From positions 42,061 through 106,060 of IMG/VR virus record IMGVR_UViG_3300031963_011573: a stretch of DNA of 64,000 nt. One strand, written 5' to 3'. The position numbers and the translations under genes were made by a program. The first letter of the stretch is position 1. Every line of letters begins with the position of its first letter. The notes under the pieces are model-generated. The model did not search any database. It was not told where the DNA came from and saw only the letters and a program-made list of their open reading frames with translations. This document shows, piece after piece, positions 48,137-58,800 of this stretch. This stretch comes from a virus.

Positions 48137-50539
48137 ATGGCTCTAATCAAACCCGAACAATTACGCTCAGGGTCCTATAGTATAACGGGTTCCTTTAGTG
48201 GCTCATTTTATGGGGATGGTAGTAATCTGAATAATTTACCTATACCCTCCATTGATACTGGTTCACTTGTTACCACATCCTCTTTCAATAATTTTACATC
48301 TAGCTACTATACTGATAGTAGTTCATTTGAGGGAAGAGTAACAGATCTAGAAAACTTTAGCTCTAGTTTAGATGCTAGCTTTGTATCAGAGGTTGAGTTT
48401 TCATCTTTTACAAGTTCATACAATACTGGATCTTTTACTGGATCTTTTACAGGTGACTTGACAGGAAATGCTAATAGTGCCACAAGTGCCTCATATGCTT
48501 TAACAGCATCTTATGCAGCAAATGTTCCATTAACATCCTCTTATGCTTTAAATGCTGAAAGTTCCTCATATGCTCAAACTGCATCCTACATAGAAAACGC
48601 TCAAACAGCCTCATATGTAGAAAATGCTCAAACAGCTTCTTATGTTGAAACAGCCCAAACAGCCTCATATTATCAAGAAACAGACCCTGTATTTACAGCA
48701 GTATCTGGTACATTTACTACAACTGCTTCATTTAATAGTTTTACAGCTAGTTACTACATTGATAGTGCCTCTATTGTAAATGAATTTGCTGGTTTAGCTG
48801 AAACAGACGAACAAACCATTGAACTTGATACGTTAACTAACAAAATACGTTTAAAAGAAACGGTAGCTGCCCCTATTTCTGGGACACGCACGTTTGAAGG
48901 AAATATTATAGTAACGGGCTCTTTAAATGTTTTAGATTTTATAACAGGCAGTTTAAATGGCACTGCTTCATGGGCAGAAAATTCTATAACTGCTTCGTAT
49001 ATAGAAAACGCTCAAACTGCATCATATGTTGAAAATGCTGTAAGTGCCTCATATTCTTCTACTTCAAGTTATGTAGAAAATGCTCAAACGGCCTCGTACG
49101 TAGAAAACGCACAAACAGCCTCTTATGTAACTTTAGCCCAAACCGCCAGTTATGTTGAAAACGCACAAACAGCATCTTATGTTTTACAGTCGGTAAGTTC
49201 CTCATTTGCCTCAACCGCATCATATGTTAACACATTAAACCAAGATGTTTTAATTACGGGTAGTTTAACAGTATTGCAAGGTGCAACAATTTATGGTTCA
49301 TCTTCATTTACGTATGTTACCGCATCTCAACTTGCAGTTTCTGCTTCATTTATTTCTGTAAATGTATTTGAGCCTGCTCAACGTTTTGGTGGTTTAATAG
49401 TATATGATTCTGGATCTTCTTTAGCAACTGCATCACTTGCTTGGGATTCATTACACAATCATTGGGTTTACCAAAATGTAAGTGGAGCTACTTATACTGG
49501 AGGTATGCTACTTTCAGGTCCTCGTAATACAGGATCTTTAGGTGATGAACCTACTTTAACACAATGGTTTATTCCACGTTCAGATGGTGGAGACCATTTA
49601 GATGACTCACAAATATACAGTTCAGGTTCAATACATATTGTAACAGGGTCTTTAACTGTAACAAATGGTATTACAGGTAGTTTAAGTGGAAGTGCTTTAT
49701 TTGCCACAAGTGCTTCTTATACTTTAACAGCATCGTACGTTGAAAACGCTCAAACCGCATCATTTGTAAGTGGATCTATTGTAGCACCAGGATTACCTAC
49801 TCAAATTTTATATAATAGTGCAAGTATAATTGCAGCTTCTTCTGAATTCGTTTTAAGTGGAAGTAGTGTTGGAATCGGAACTTCAACGCCAACATCATCC
49901 ATGAAATTAGATGTAAGTGGTTCTGCTAGATTTACAACAGCCATCACTATTGGTCAATTAGGTAATAATGGCGAAATAAGCTTAGTTAGGAGTAGTACCG
50001 GTACCGTTACCGCTGGGATTAGAGCATCAGCCGGCGGTGTTGAAATTGGCGCTAACAGCTATATTAATTCTATTATACTTACCAACGGTGCAACTGGTAT
50101 GCAGTTTAATACGTTCACAACAGGCACATCTCGTGCTGAACGAATGCGTATTACTGATGGTGCTTTAGGTGTGGGCGGTAACGTTCTAATTGGTACAACT
50201 GCAGAAACAGGCCATCGTCTTGTGGTAAGCGGTTCTAGTAGCTCCGGCTCAGTTAACCTAGATAACACACTTTATGTAAGTGGAAGTAGAGTTGGAATTG
50301 GAAAAACAATCTTAAATTCTAGTTTAGATATTTCCGGATCTGCAATTATAACGGGTTCGCTTACCGTAACAGATGGTATAACAGGTTCTTTATTTGGTAC
50401 TTCTAGTTGGGCAAATAATGCAACGACTGCTTCATATGTTCAAACAGCTCAAACAGCATCTTATGTTTTAAATGCTATATCTGCTAGTTATTCTACATTT
50501 GCAGTATCTGCATCATATATTGACGGAGGATTTTATTGA
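48137..50539 (+). CDS. Tail fibre-like protein
   Basis: TASYVENAQ and ITGSL repeats; VGIGTSTP; ERMRIT; ends IDGGFY. Confidence 0.75.
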   Translation: MALIKPEQLRSGSYSITGSFSGSFYGDGSNLNNLPIPSIDTGSLVTTSSFNNFTSSYYTDSSSFEGRVTDLENFSSSLDASFVSEVEFSSFTSSYNTGSFTGSFTGDLTGNANSATSASYALTASYAANVPLTSSYALNAESSSYAQTASYIENAQTASYVENAQTASYVETAQTASYYQETDPVFTAVSGTFTTTASFNSFTASYYIDSASIVNEFAGLAETDEQTIELDTLTNKIRLKETVAAPISGTRTFEGNIIVTGSLNVLDFITGSLNGTASWAENSITASYIENAQTASYVENAVSASYSSTSSYVENAQTASYVENAQTASYVTLAQTASYVENAQTASYVLQSVSSSFASTASYVNTLNQDVLITGSLTVLQGATIYGSSSFTYVTASQLAVSASFISVNVFEPAQRFGGLIVYDSGSSLATASLAWDSLHNHWVYQNVSGATYTGGMLLSGPRNTGSLGDEPTLTQWFIPRSDGGDHLDDSQIYSSGSIHIVTGSLTVTNGITGSLSGSALFATSASYTLTASYVENAQTASFVSGSIVAPGLPTQILYNSASIIAASSEFVLSGSSVGIGTSTPTSSMKLDVSGSARFTTAITIGQLGNNGEISLVRSSTGTVTAGIRASAGGVEIGANSYINSIILTNGATGMQFNTFTTGTSRAERMRITDGALGVGGNVLIGTTAETGHRLVVSGSSSSGSVNLDNTLYVSGSRVGIGKTILNSSLDISGSAIITGSLTVTDGITGSLFGTSSWANNATTASYVQTAQTASYVLNAISASYSTFAVSASYIDGGFY

Positions 50540-50568
50540 TGTATATTTATATAAAAATGAAGTAAAAC

Positions 50569-51165
50569 ATGTCTACTAGAACTATACACTGGACTGAAGA
50601 TACTAAAACGATGATGATTCGAACGGATATTCCGAATTTTTTCATCGAGTTTAGCAATCAAATGGTTTATCGTATAAAAAATGAAACAGGTACAACTTTA
50701 TCACCTGGAACAGTTGTGCGATTTGCAGGTTCTGATGTGTTTCCAACTGTTGAACTAGCAGATTACACATCATATATAACTTCTGAAGGTACATTAGGTT
50801 TATGCGGGCATTCAATTCCAAACAACACAGAAGGATATGTAGTAATATCTGGTATACTTAGAAACATAAACTTATCCAGTTTTTCAGACGGTGATGCAAT
50901 TTATCTTCATTCATCTGGCTCATTTACCTCAACACGTCCCACAGCACCTCTACCAGAGGTGTATTTAGGTACAGTAATGAAATCAGGTAGTGCTGGAATA
51001 CTTAACGTAAACATTGAGTTAGGGTTTGAAATAGAGGAACTACACAATGTTAAAATCAACAACCTTACTGATGGTGATGAATTGAGATGGGATTCAACTC
51101 AACAAGTTTGGAGAAATTTACCAAAATCAAACTTTTCCTCTTCAATTGATGGTGGAACATATTAA
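50569..51165 (+). CDS. Fibre-associated beta-domain protein
   Basis: KNETG...GTVVR...EGYVV..G...YL...PTAP...ELHNV domain also found inside 55815; ends IDGGTY. Confidence 0.6.
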   Translation: MSTRTIHWTEDTKTMMIRTDIPNFFIEFSNQMVYRIKNETGTTLSPGTVVRFAGSDVFPTVELADYTSYITSEGTLGLCGHSIPNNTEGYVVISGILRNINLSSFSDGDAIYLHSSGSFTSTRPTAPLPEVYLGTVMKSGSAGILNVNIELGFEIEELHNVKINNLTDGDELRWDSTQQVWRNLPKSNFSSSIDGGTY

Positions 51166-51180
51166 TATTTATAAATAGAA

Positions 51181-52770
51181 ATGGCAGATAAAATATTACA
51201 TAAACGCAGTTTAACCCCAGGAAGCATACCAACAACCTCATCTTTAGATATAGGTGAATTGGCAATTAATGTAAATGATGGTAAACTATATTTACACCAA
51301 TCAGGTAGCATTGCAGAAAAAATAATCACTGTAGGAGAAAGTGCCTCATATGCTAGTACAGCTTCATATGTTGAAACAGCTCAAACGGCTTCATATGTTT
51401 TAAATGCGGTAAGTTCTAGTTTTGCTGCAAGTTCTTCATTTGCTTTAACAGCATCTTATGTAGCGAATGCTTCAAGTTTTCCATTTACAGGAAGTGCTTT
51501 AATTACTGGTTCATTAGGTGTAACTGGTTCATTAACAGCAACCCAAATTGGAGCTGGAGCTGCACCAAGTGGTTCAATTAGATTAGATGTAAGAGCATCA
51601 AGTTCGGCTGCAACTGATGTTGCATTTAGAGTTAGGAATAGTAATGATACTGAGAATATATTTGAGATATTAGGAACTGGGAAAACACAGTTATGCAAAT
51701 TTGGAAATGGTGTAGGATATGCTATGCCTAATACTGCTGGTGTTGAAGGATTTTTAATTACAACAGAAAATACCTCTGTAAATCCAGCTGCATTTACAAG
51801 AAGTCATGTTTTATTAAATTCAACTGAAGTATGGATAAGGGGAGCAACTGATAATACAGCAAGAAATGTTGTTAAATTTGGTGCAGAAAATTATGGAGGA
51901 ACTTTTGTAGATTGGAGTATTAGATCAATAGCTATTAATGATGGTGCTTTATATTTTAATGGCGGAACAAGTACTGTAAGCAGGAGAATGTTTTTAACTG
52001 ATTCTGCAACATTGAACATAGGAAAAGATTCTATGTTAAATGTAAATAGTGGAACAAATCAATTAAGAATATTAAATGGAACTGCCCCAAGTTCATTAGC
52101 AGCAGATACATTTGCTTTATATTCAACAGATAGAAATGGAATAGCCGGCAAAGCATCACCCCATTTCAGAACAGAAGACGGTACAATTGTATGGTTAGGA
52201 GATGAATCACGTTTATTTAACGTAACAGCATCTCGCACAATTATATCAAGTTCACAAAATACTGCATCCGGTTCTTCATTAACCGTTTATGGTTCTGGTT
52301 CAGCCCAACCAGTATTTACAGTACAAGGTTCACAAGGTGAATTGTTCTCTGTAACAGATAGTTTAAGCGGATCTTTATTTTCAGTAAACGATATTTCTGG
52401 TTTACCAATACTAGAGGTATTTTCCGATAATACAACACTCATTGGGAACTATTTAGACCCAATGTTAATCACAACAGCAAAAGTAACCCAAACAAACTCA
52501 GGTTCTTTTGTGATGTACTCTTTACCTACCGCTTCATACGATACAGCATTCTTTGAATACTCAGTTAAATCAGGTTCAAATGCTAGAGCGGGTACAATCA
52601 TGGCTATCCAATCAGGATCTGCGGTTAATTTCACAGAAACTACTACAACAGACTTTGGAAACACAAGTGCTATTTCGTTTACTGTAATAGTGACAGGTTC
52701 AAATATAGCTTTAACTGGATCATCCACAACTGGTTCATGGACTATAAAAACAATTGTAAGAGGTTTATGA
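51181..52770 (+). CDS. Tail fibre-like protein
   Basis: ILHKRS..PG.IP....L..GELAINVNDGKLY N-terminus; VQGSQGELFSVTD..SGSLFSVNDISGLP module. Confidence 0.75.
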   Translation: MADKILHKRSLTPGSIPTTSSLDIGELAINVNDGKLYLHQSGSIAEKIITVGESASYASTASYVETAQTASYVLNAVSSSFAASSSFALTASYVANASSFPFTGSALITGSLGVTGSLTATQIGAGAAPSGSIRLDVRASSSAATDVAFRVRNSNDTENIFEILGTGKTQLCKFGNGVGYAMPNTAGVEGFLITTENTSVNPAAFTRSHVLLNSTEVWIRGATDNTARNVVKFGAENYGGTFVDWSIRSIAINDGALYFNGGTSTVSRRMFLTDSATLNIGKDSMLNVNSGTNQLRILNGTAPSSLAADTFALYSTDRNGIAGKASPHFRTEDGTIVWLGDESRLFNVTASRTIISSSQNTASGSSLTVYGSGSAQPVFTVQGSQGELFSVTDSLSGSLFSVNDISGLPILEVFSDNTTLIGNYLDPMLITTAKVTQTNSGSFVMYSLPTASYDTAFFEYSVKSGSNARAGTIMAIQSGSAVNFTETTTTDFGNTSAISFTVIVTGSNIALTGSSTTGSWTIKTIVRGL

Positions 52771-52771
52771 T

Positions 52772-53470
52772 ATGAGTTTTTCGTTTAGCCCAAAAATAGT
52801 TACAGATGGTTTAGTGTTGTATTTAGATGCAGCAAACACTCGTTCATATCCTGGAAGTGGTACTACTTGGAGTGATTTATCACGTAGTGGAAATAATGGA
52901 ACATTAGTAAATGGACCGACGTTTAATGGTGCAAATGGTGGAAGTATAGTGTTTGATGGAACAAATGATTATGTTGCAACTAATTTAGGAACATTAAGAA
53001 GTTTAACAGGGACTAGAAGTACTTTAAATATTTGGTTTAGAACTGTAAATAGCAGTACTAGACAAGTGTTATTAGCTGATTGGAATTCAGCTGGTGCTCT
53101 AGAAACTGCTCGTTTAGAAATAAGTGGTTTTAATATATCACCAAATAAAGTTGGGGGAACTATTAATGGGATTTCCAACTCAACCCCAGTACAATCAACA
53201 ACTTCCATTCAAAATAACACGTGGTATTGGGTAACAATACTCTATAATGGTACTAATACTCAACTTTACTTAAATGGACAACTAGAACAAAGTTTAGCAA
53301 CAACTGAAAGAGGAAGTGATAGTACAGGCCATGTTGCTATTGGAAGAGCTGGTGATTTTAATGGATTATATTGGAATGGAAACATTGCTAATATTCAAAT
53401 CTACAACCGTGCCCTTTCCGCAACAGAAATCCTACAAAACTATAACGCAACTAAAAACAGATATTTATAA
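52772..53470 (+). CDS. LamG/concanavalin-like lectin domain protein
   Basis: DGLVLYLDA...FDGTNDY...LYLNG...IYNRALSATEILQNYNA. Confidence 0.85.
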   Translation: MSFSFSPKIVTDGLVLYLDAANTRSYPGSGTTWSDLSRSGNNGTLVNGPTFNGANGGSIVFDGTNDYVATNLGTLRSLTGTRSTLNIWFRTVNSSTRQVLLADWNSAGALETARLEISGFNISPNKVGGTINGISNSTPVQSTTSIQNNTWYWVTILYNGTNTQLYLNGQLEQSLATTERGSDSTGHVAIGRAGDFNGLYWNGNIANIQIYNRALSATEILQNYNATKNRYL

Positions 53471-53473
53471 TAT

Positions 53474-53734
53474 ATGGAAACACAATACCCAAACAGAGAA
53501 TTCATGATATTCAACGTATCAGAATTACCACAAATTGATTTCACCCAAGTACATGAAACATCGGTAGACACAGTACGCAAATCCATCGATGAAACTCGTA
53601 CATTTGTAAAATGGGATAGTGAAACACCTTCAAGTGTTGCTGCTTTAACAACTGCAGAAGGTCCTTACACGTACGAGGAAATATTAACTATTTTAGCGGG
53701 TCCTGAGTGGACAAGTAATGAGCCAATGCTATGA
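53474..53734 (+). CDS. Small fibre-associated protein
   Basis: IDFTQV.ETS..TVRKS.D...TFVKW...YTYEEIL; late motif at 53461. Confidence 0.6.
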   Translation: METQYPNREFMIFNVSELPQIDFTQVHETSVDTVRKSIDETRTFVKWDSETPSSVAALTTAEGPYTYEEILTILAGPEWTSNEPML

Positions 53735-54429
53735 GTACAGTACAAGGAAGTTGGAGAGGACCAAACATAGTACGAGATGGTTTAGTTTTATACCTAGATG
53801 CTGGGTCACCAAATTCATTTCCTTTAGTTAATCAAAGTACAACGTGGAAAGATATTTCTGGGAATGCAAATAATGGTACCTTAACAAATGGTCCTACGTT
53901 TAATTCTGCAAATGGAGGTGGAATAGTATTAGATGGAGTTAATGATTATATTGATTCAACTTTTGTTAATCCGTTTGCAGAAACAGTTATGGTATGGGTT
54001 AAATCTAATACAACCAATTGGAATGAAAATGGTTGGATTTCATCATCTAGGAGACAAAATGGTCACATAATACACCCAAATATTTCAACCAAAACAGTTG
54101 CATTCTATGTTTCTAATAGTAGTGGTGGGGCTGTAATAATTGGTTCTACAACATTAACAGATATTACCCTTCCACATTTGTATTGTTTTACAACAAATGG
54201 ATCAAATTCCCACAAAATATACATTGATGATACTTTTATATCTGAAAATACAACATCTATAACTAGAACTTTAACTCCAACATCACAAACATGGTATATA
54301 GGCAGAGATGATACAACTTCTCGATATGGAAATGGCGCATTCTATAATGTATTACGATACAACCGCGCCCTCTCCTCCCAAGAAATCCTCCAAAACTTTA
54401 ATGCAACCCGAGCACGTTTCGGAATTTAA
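53731..54429 (+). CDS. LamG/concanavalin-like lectin domain protein (paralog)
   Basis: DGLVLYLDAG...LTNGPTFNS...YNRALSSQEILQNFNA. Confidence 0.85.
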   Translation: MSTVQGSWRGPNIVRDGLVLYLDAGSPNSFPLVNQSTTWKDISGNANNGTLTNGPTFNSANGGGIVLDGVNDYIDSTFVNPFAETVMVWVKSNTTNWNENGWISSSRRQNGHIIHPNISTKTVAFYVSNSSGGAVIIGSTTLTDITLPHLYCFTTNGSNSHKIYIDDTFISENTTSITRTLTPTSQTWYIGRDDTTSRYGNGAFYNVLRYNRALSSQEILQNFNATRARFGI

Positions 54430-54452
54430 CCATATTTATAAACATATATTAA

Positions 54453-54479
54453 CATAATCTTGGAAAGGGAAAAGATATG
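54453..54479 (+). promoter_or_regulatory. Start-codon-sequestering hairpin with purine loop
   Basis: CAT-a-ATCTT / GGAAAGGGAA loop / AAGAT-ATG. Confidence 0.4.
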
Positions 54480-54962
54480 CCAAACGAATTCATAATTAAA
54501 AATGGATTTTTCTCACAGGGAAATTCCACAATCACAGGTTCACTTAATGTAACAGCAGGTATAACCGGTTCATTGCAAGGAACGGCCTCATACGCTTTAA
54601 CAGCATCTTATGCTATGAATAGTGGAGATGGAGGATCTAGCTTTCCATTTACAGGAAGTGCACAAATTACAGGATCTTTAATTGTAACTGGTTCAATCTA
54701 TACTAATTCTCCAATATATTCTCCATTTATTATTGGGTTAAATTTTGAAACTAATACCCCATATACATTCAATGCTCCATATTCATTTTATATTTCAAGC
54801 TCTGAATCAAACCCTTCAGGTTCAATTACTATAAAATATCAAGCATCTGGATCTGCTACAACAAGCTCATATGTTTACGGAAATACTATTAATAAATTTG
54901 ATAGTTTAATAATTACTCCACCTACAATAAGTTTAATTATTTTAAATAGTGTAAAAATATGA
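54477..54962 (+). CDS. Short fibre-like protein
   Basis: MPNEFIIKNG; ITGSL/TASYA motifs; SSFPFTGSA shared with 51181. Confidence 0.6.
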   Translation: MPNEFIIKNGFFSQGNSTITGSLNVTAGITGSLQGTASYALTASYAMNSGDGGSSFPFTGSAQITGSLIVTGSIYTNSPIYSPFIIGLNFETNTPYTFNAPYSFYISSSESNPSGSITIKYQASGSATTSSYVYGNTINKFDSLIITPPTISLIILNSVKI

Positions 54963-55552
54963 ATGATATCTATATAAATGTAAAAGTACAAACCACAGCT
55001 AAGTTAATGAAAACAGGGCAAACAACTTCTTATAGAACTGGTGATGATGGTGATATTGAAGCTGGCAGAACAACAGATTTCACAACACTTGCTGGAAATA
55101 ATCCATTTGGAAACACGAATAGATTTACAGATGAATTAGGCGGTTCAACTTACACTAATAACATAGTAATAGATTGGAGCACTTATGATGGAGCAACAGT
55201 ATTAGGTTGGAGACGTACAACTAATGGAGTTGACATAAATTGGGATAATTCAATAGATGGAGCTTTGGCAGTAAGCATTGGAAGTTTTACAACAGATTGG
55301 AGGTTGCCAAATGTAGGTGAGTTTTTTTCAATATTGAATTGGAGTAATTTTACAGCATTATTAAATTATTCACCGTTTAATTTAACTTCAACAACCACAA
55401 ATTATTGGACAGGAACTGGCTCAAGCCTTCAAGCCATTAGATGTAATGGACTTGTAACAAATACATTTAATAATGCTTTAAAAACCACAACTACAAATTA
55501 CAGATATATCCCTTGTAGAGTATTCACAGTAACAGGAACAACACTTTCATAA
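54959..55552 (+). CDS. DUF1566/Lcl-like C-type-lectin-fold protein
   Basis: KTGQTTSY..GDDG, DWRLPNVGEF.SI, YWTGT, terminal CR. Confidence 0.65.
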   Translation: MNDIYINVKVQTTAKLMKTGQTTSYRTGDDGDIEAGRTTDFTTLAGNNPFGNTNRFTDELGGSTYTNNIVIDWSTYDGATVLGWRRTTNGVDINWDNSIDGALAVSIGSFTTDWRLPNVGEFFSILNWSNFTALLNYSPFNLTSTTTNYWTGTGSSLQAIRCNGLVTNTFNNALKTTTTNYRYIPCRVFTVTGTTLS

Positions 55553-55553
55553 T

Positions 55554-55790
55554 ATGGCAACTTATAAATTTTCACAGTTTAACGTAGAGATAGTAAATCC
55601 TACAATAACAATAGACCTTAATACGATTAGTGATAAGGCATTAGATCAACTTTTAGCAGTTGATGTATTACTAACAACAGACAATGCATCCTTTGGTGTT
55701 CGTGCGAATGATATGCCGTATGTTGGCACTTGGGAAGATAGTGATGTTCAAGGTATGGTTGATGCTTGGTTAACTCAATTTGAGGCATAA
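55554..55790 (+). CDS. Small fibre-associated protein
   Basis: Coupled ORF in the fibre cluster. Confidence 0.55.
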   Translation: MATYKFSQFNVEIVNPTITIDLNTISDKALDQLLAVDVLLTTDNASFGVRANDMPYVGTWEDSDVQGMVDAWLTQFEA

Positions 55791-55798
55791 AACAATCA

Positions 55799-55807
55799 AT
55801 ATTTATA
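55799..55807 (+). promoter_or_regulatory. Putative late promoter ATATTTATA
   Basis: Recurrent motif before ATG 55815. Confidence 0.6.
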
Positions 55808-55814
55808 ATAAAAA

Positions 55815-58800
55815 ATGGCACAACAATTATCCAAAACAGGAATAACTTCCCTTGGAACCATTAGACCTGGACATGTTTCCCAATCAATAGATGCATTTAC
55901 CGGAATAGAGGCATACGATATTTCCCTTTCAGGTTCATTTAATATGACTGGTTCAATTAATGGACAACCTGGAGTTGTAAATCCATTAACAGCTTCATTT
56001 GCTGTATCATCCTCACGTGCTGTTTCTTCTTCATTTACTGTTTCCTCTTCATTTGCTGTAACAGCTTCATATGCTCCAAACTTTGCAAATACCGACCTAA
56101 CTTTAAATAATGATAGAACACATGATTTAAATGGTTATGATCTTTTCTTTTCTGAAGATGGTAATAATTTTGGTTACACTTCTTTTGGAATTTTTGGTGG
56201 AGGATCTCCTAATAGTGGATTGGGTTCATTTCAAGTTAATGGAGGTACTGATTCTACATTTACTGTAACTAATACATTTTTAAGATTATTACAATTAGAT
56301 AATCAATTTATAGTCAACGGTACTGAAACTACAGTTAATGAACAAGGTTATCCAGTTGATTTTAGAGTAGAAAGTGATAATCAAACCCACATGCTTTTTG
56401 TAAGTGGAAGTGCTAACAGAATAGGTATTGCAAAATCTAATCCAAACTCTACTTTAGATATTAGTGGAAGTGTACTTGTAACAGGTTCATTAACAATATC
56501 TGGTTCAAGCACATTTACAAATATAGGACTTGCCCTATTTACAGGATCTGTACTTATATCAGGTTCTATTACAGGGTCAGAAGGTGTTACAAACCCATTA
56601 ACTGCATCATATGCTATAACAGCTTCATATGCTTTAAATAGTGGAGTAACAATTGATACTGGTTCATTTGTTTTAACATCCTCATTTAACTCATTTACAG
56701 GATCTTACAATACAGGATCATTTACAGGATCATTTAGTGGTTCATTTAATGGTACTTCATCTTGGGCTTTAAATTCAACAACATCATCTTTTATAACAGC
56801 ATCTAATGTTTATGGTCCGTATGGTTCAAATAGTGTAATATCATCTTCATACGCTATAACAGCCTCACACGCTTTAAATGTTGTTTCTTCTCCAATTCAA
56901 ACATCCGGTACAACTTTATATTCTACAAATCCTGGAACTGCTTTTTTCTCAACAAATAATGGAATATTTTTTGGGGGAAATGCTGGTTATGGTGCTTCTA
57001 ATTCAATTCAAGCTGTTTTTATAGGCCCCTCAGCTGGTACTAATGCTCCAAATACACCATATTCTATATTTTTAGGTGCTAATGCTGGTGCTAATGCAGC
57101 CAATTCCTCAAATTCTAACTTTTTAGGTGAATCTGCAGGAAATCAAGCTACCGGAGCTTCAAATTCAAATTTCTTAGGATACAATACAGGATATCAAGCT
57201 ACAGGAGCAACAGGATCAAATTTTTTAGGATACAATACAGGTAATAGGGCAATCAGTGCATCAAATTCAAACTTATTCGGATACCAAACAGGCCGCTCAG
57301 GTTCATGGGGTAGTATAGGTTCAAACAATATTATCATAGGAACTAATATTTCCCTACCAAACGCTAGAAACAACTCAATCAACTTAGGTGGTATCATATT
57401 TGCAACTGGTTCATATTCAACAACTTCCGGAGATACTTACACAGGAAGCCAAGCAAATTCACGCGTAGGTATTGCAAAAGATTATCCAAACTCAACACTA
57501 GATGTAGCAGGTAATACTACCATAACAGGCTCACTTATTGTAACAGGTTCTATAACAGGATCAAATGGGGTCATAAACCCATTAACTGCATCATATGCTA
57601 TAACTGCATCTTATGTTGAAAGTGGTTCATATGCTTTATCAAGTTCATATGCTTTAAGTTCATCTTATGCTTTAACATCATCATATGCAAATGCTGCTTT
57701 GAGTGCATCTTACGCTGAAACTGCATCCTATTCACAAACCGCTTCCGATATTTTAGTTTATGTTAAAAACCAAACAGGATTTAACATTGCAAAAGGTACA
57801 GTAGTTAGAATAGCAAATGTAGGTAATTCAAGTGATATCCCACGTGTTACTACTGCTTCATATGAAAACGATTCAAACTCAGCAAATACATTAGGTATTA
57901 CTACACAACTTATTACAAATGGTAGTGAGGGATACGTAATAACTGAAGGAGTTTTAAAAGGAATAGATACAACAAACTATACCGGAGGTCAACTTCTATA
58001 TTTAGGTGCAACAGGCTCAATTACAGGTTCTGCCCCTTTAGCCCCATTACACTCAGTACGTTTAGGTGAGGTAGTTAGAGATCAAACAAATAACGGTTCA
58101 ATTTATGTTCGTATAGATAATGGAGTTGAACTTGGAGAATTACATGATGTTAGAGATACTACAACAACAGGTTCATATGGTGATTTATTAGTGAAAAGTG
58201 GAAGTGTATGGACCAATTCAAAACAATTAACTGGTTCATATGCTATAACAGGTAGTTTAACTATATCTGGTTCAAGCACATTTACAAATATAGGCCCATC
58301 AATATTTAGTGGTAGCGTTGATATAAGTGGATCCCAAACATTTACAGGCACATCAGCATTTTATGGTAATCACACATTAAGTGGTAGCAATACTATTACA
58401 GGTAATACTATAATGAGTGGTAGTATAACTGTTAGTGGATCTTCTGATTTTAAAAATAGTTTATTTACTGTAACTGGTTCATCCTTTTTTAAAGGAACAC
58501 ATCAAGTTAGTGGAAGTACTACAATAACAGGATCATTAAATGTAACTGGAGACATAAATGTAATAAGTGGATCCTCATTTACAAGATGGGGCAATAAATT
58601 ATTTAATTATGGTCAATTTGCCCATTCATCTTCAATTTCAGTAACAGCAAACACCTCAGCATCATTTGCATTTACAACAACTAATTTTAACGAAGGTATA
58701 AGTGTAGTTAGTGGTAGTAGATTAACATTTGAAAATACAGGATTATACGATATACAATTTACAGCTATAGCTAACCAAGGAATAGGAACACCTAATTTAC

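Noticed and set aside
52772-54429. LamG pair or LRR pair as DGR template/variable repeats
   Set aside because: Both copies are full coding paralogs with differences at all base types, not adenine-specific, and no RT is present in the window.
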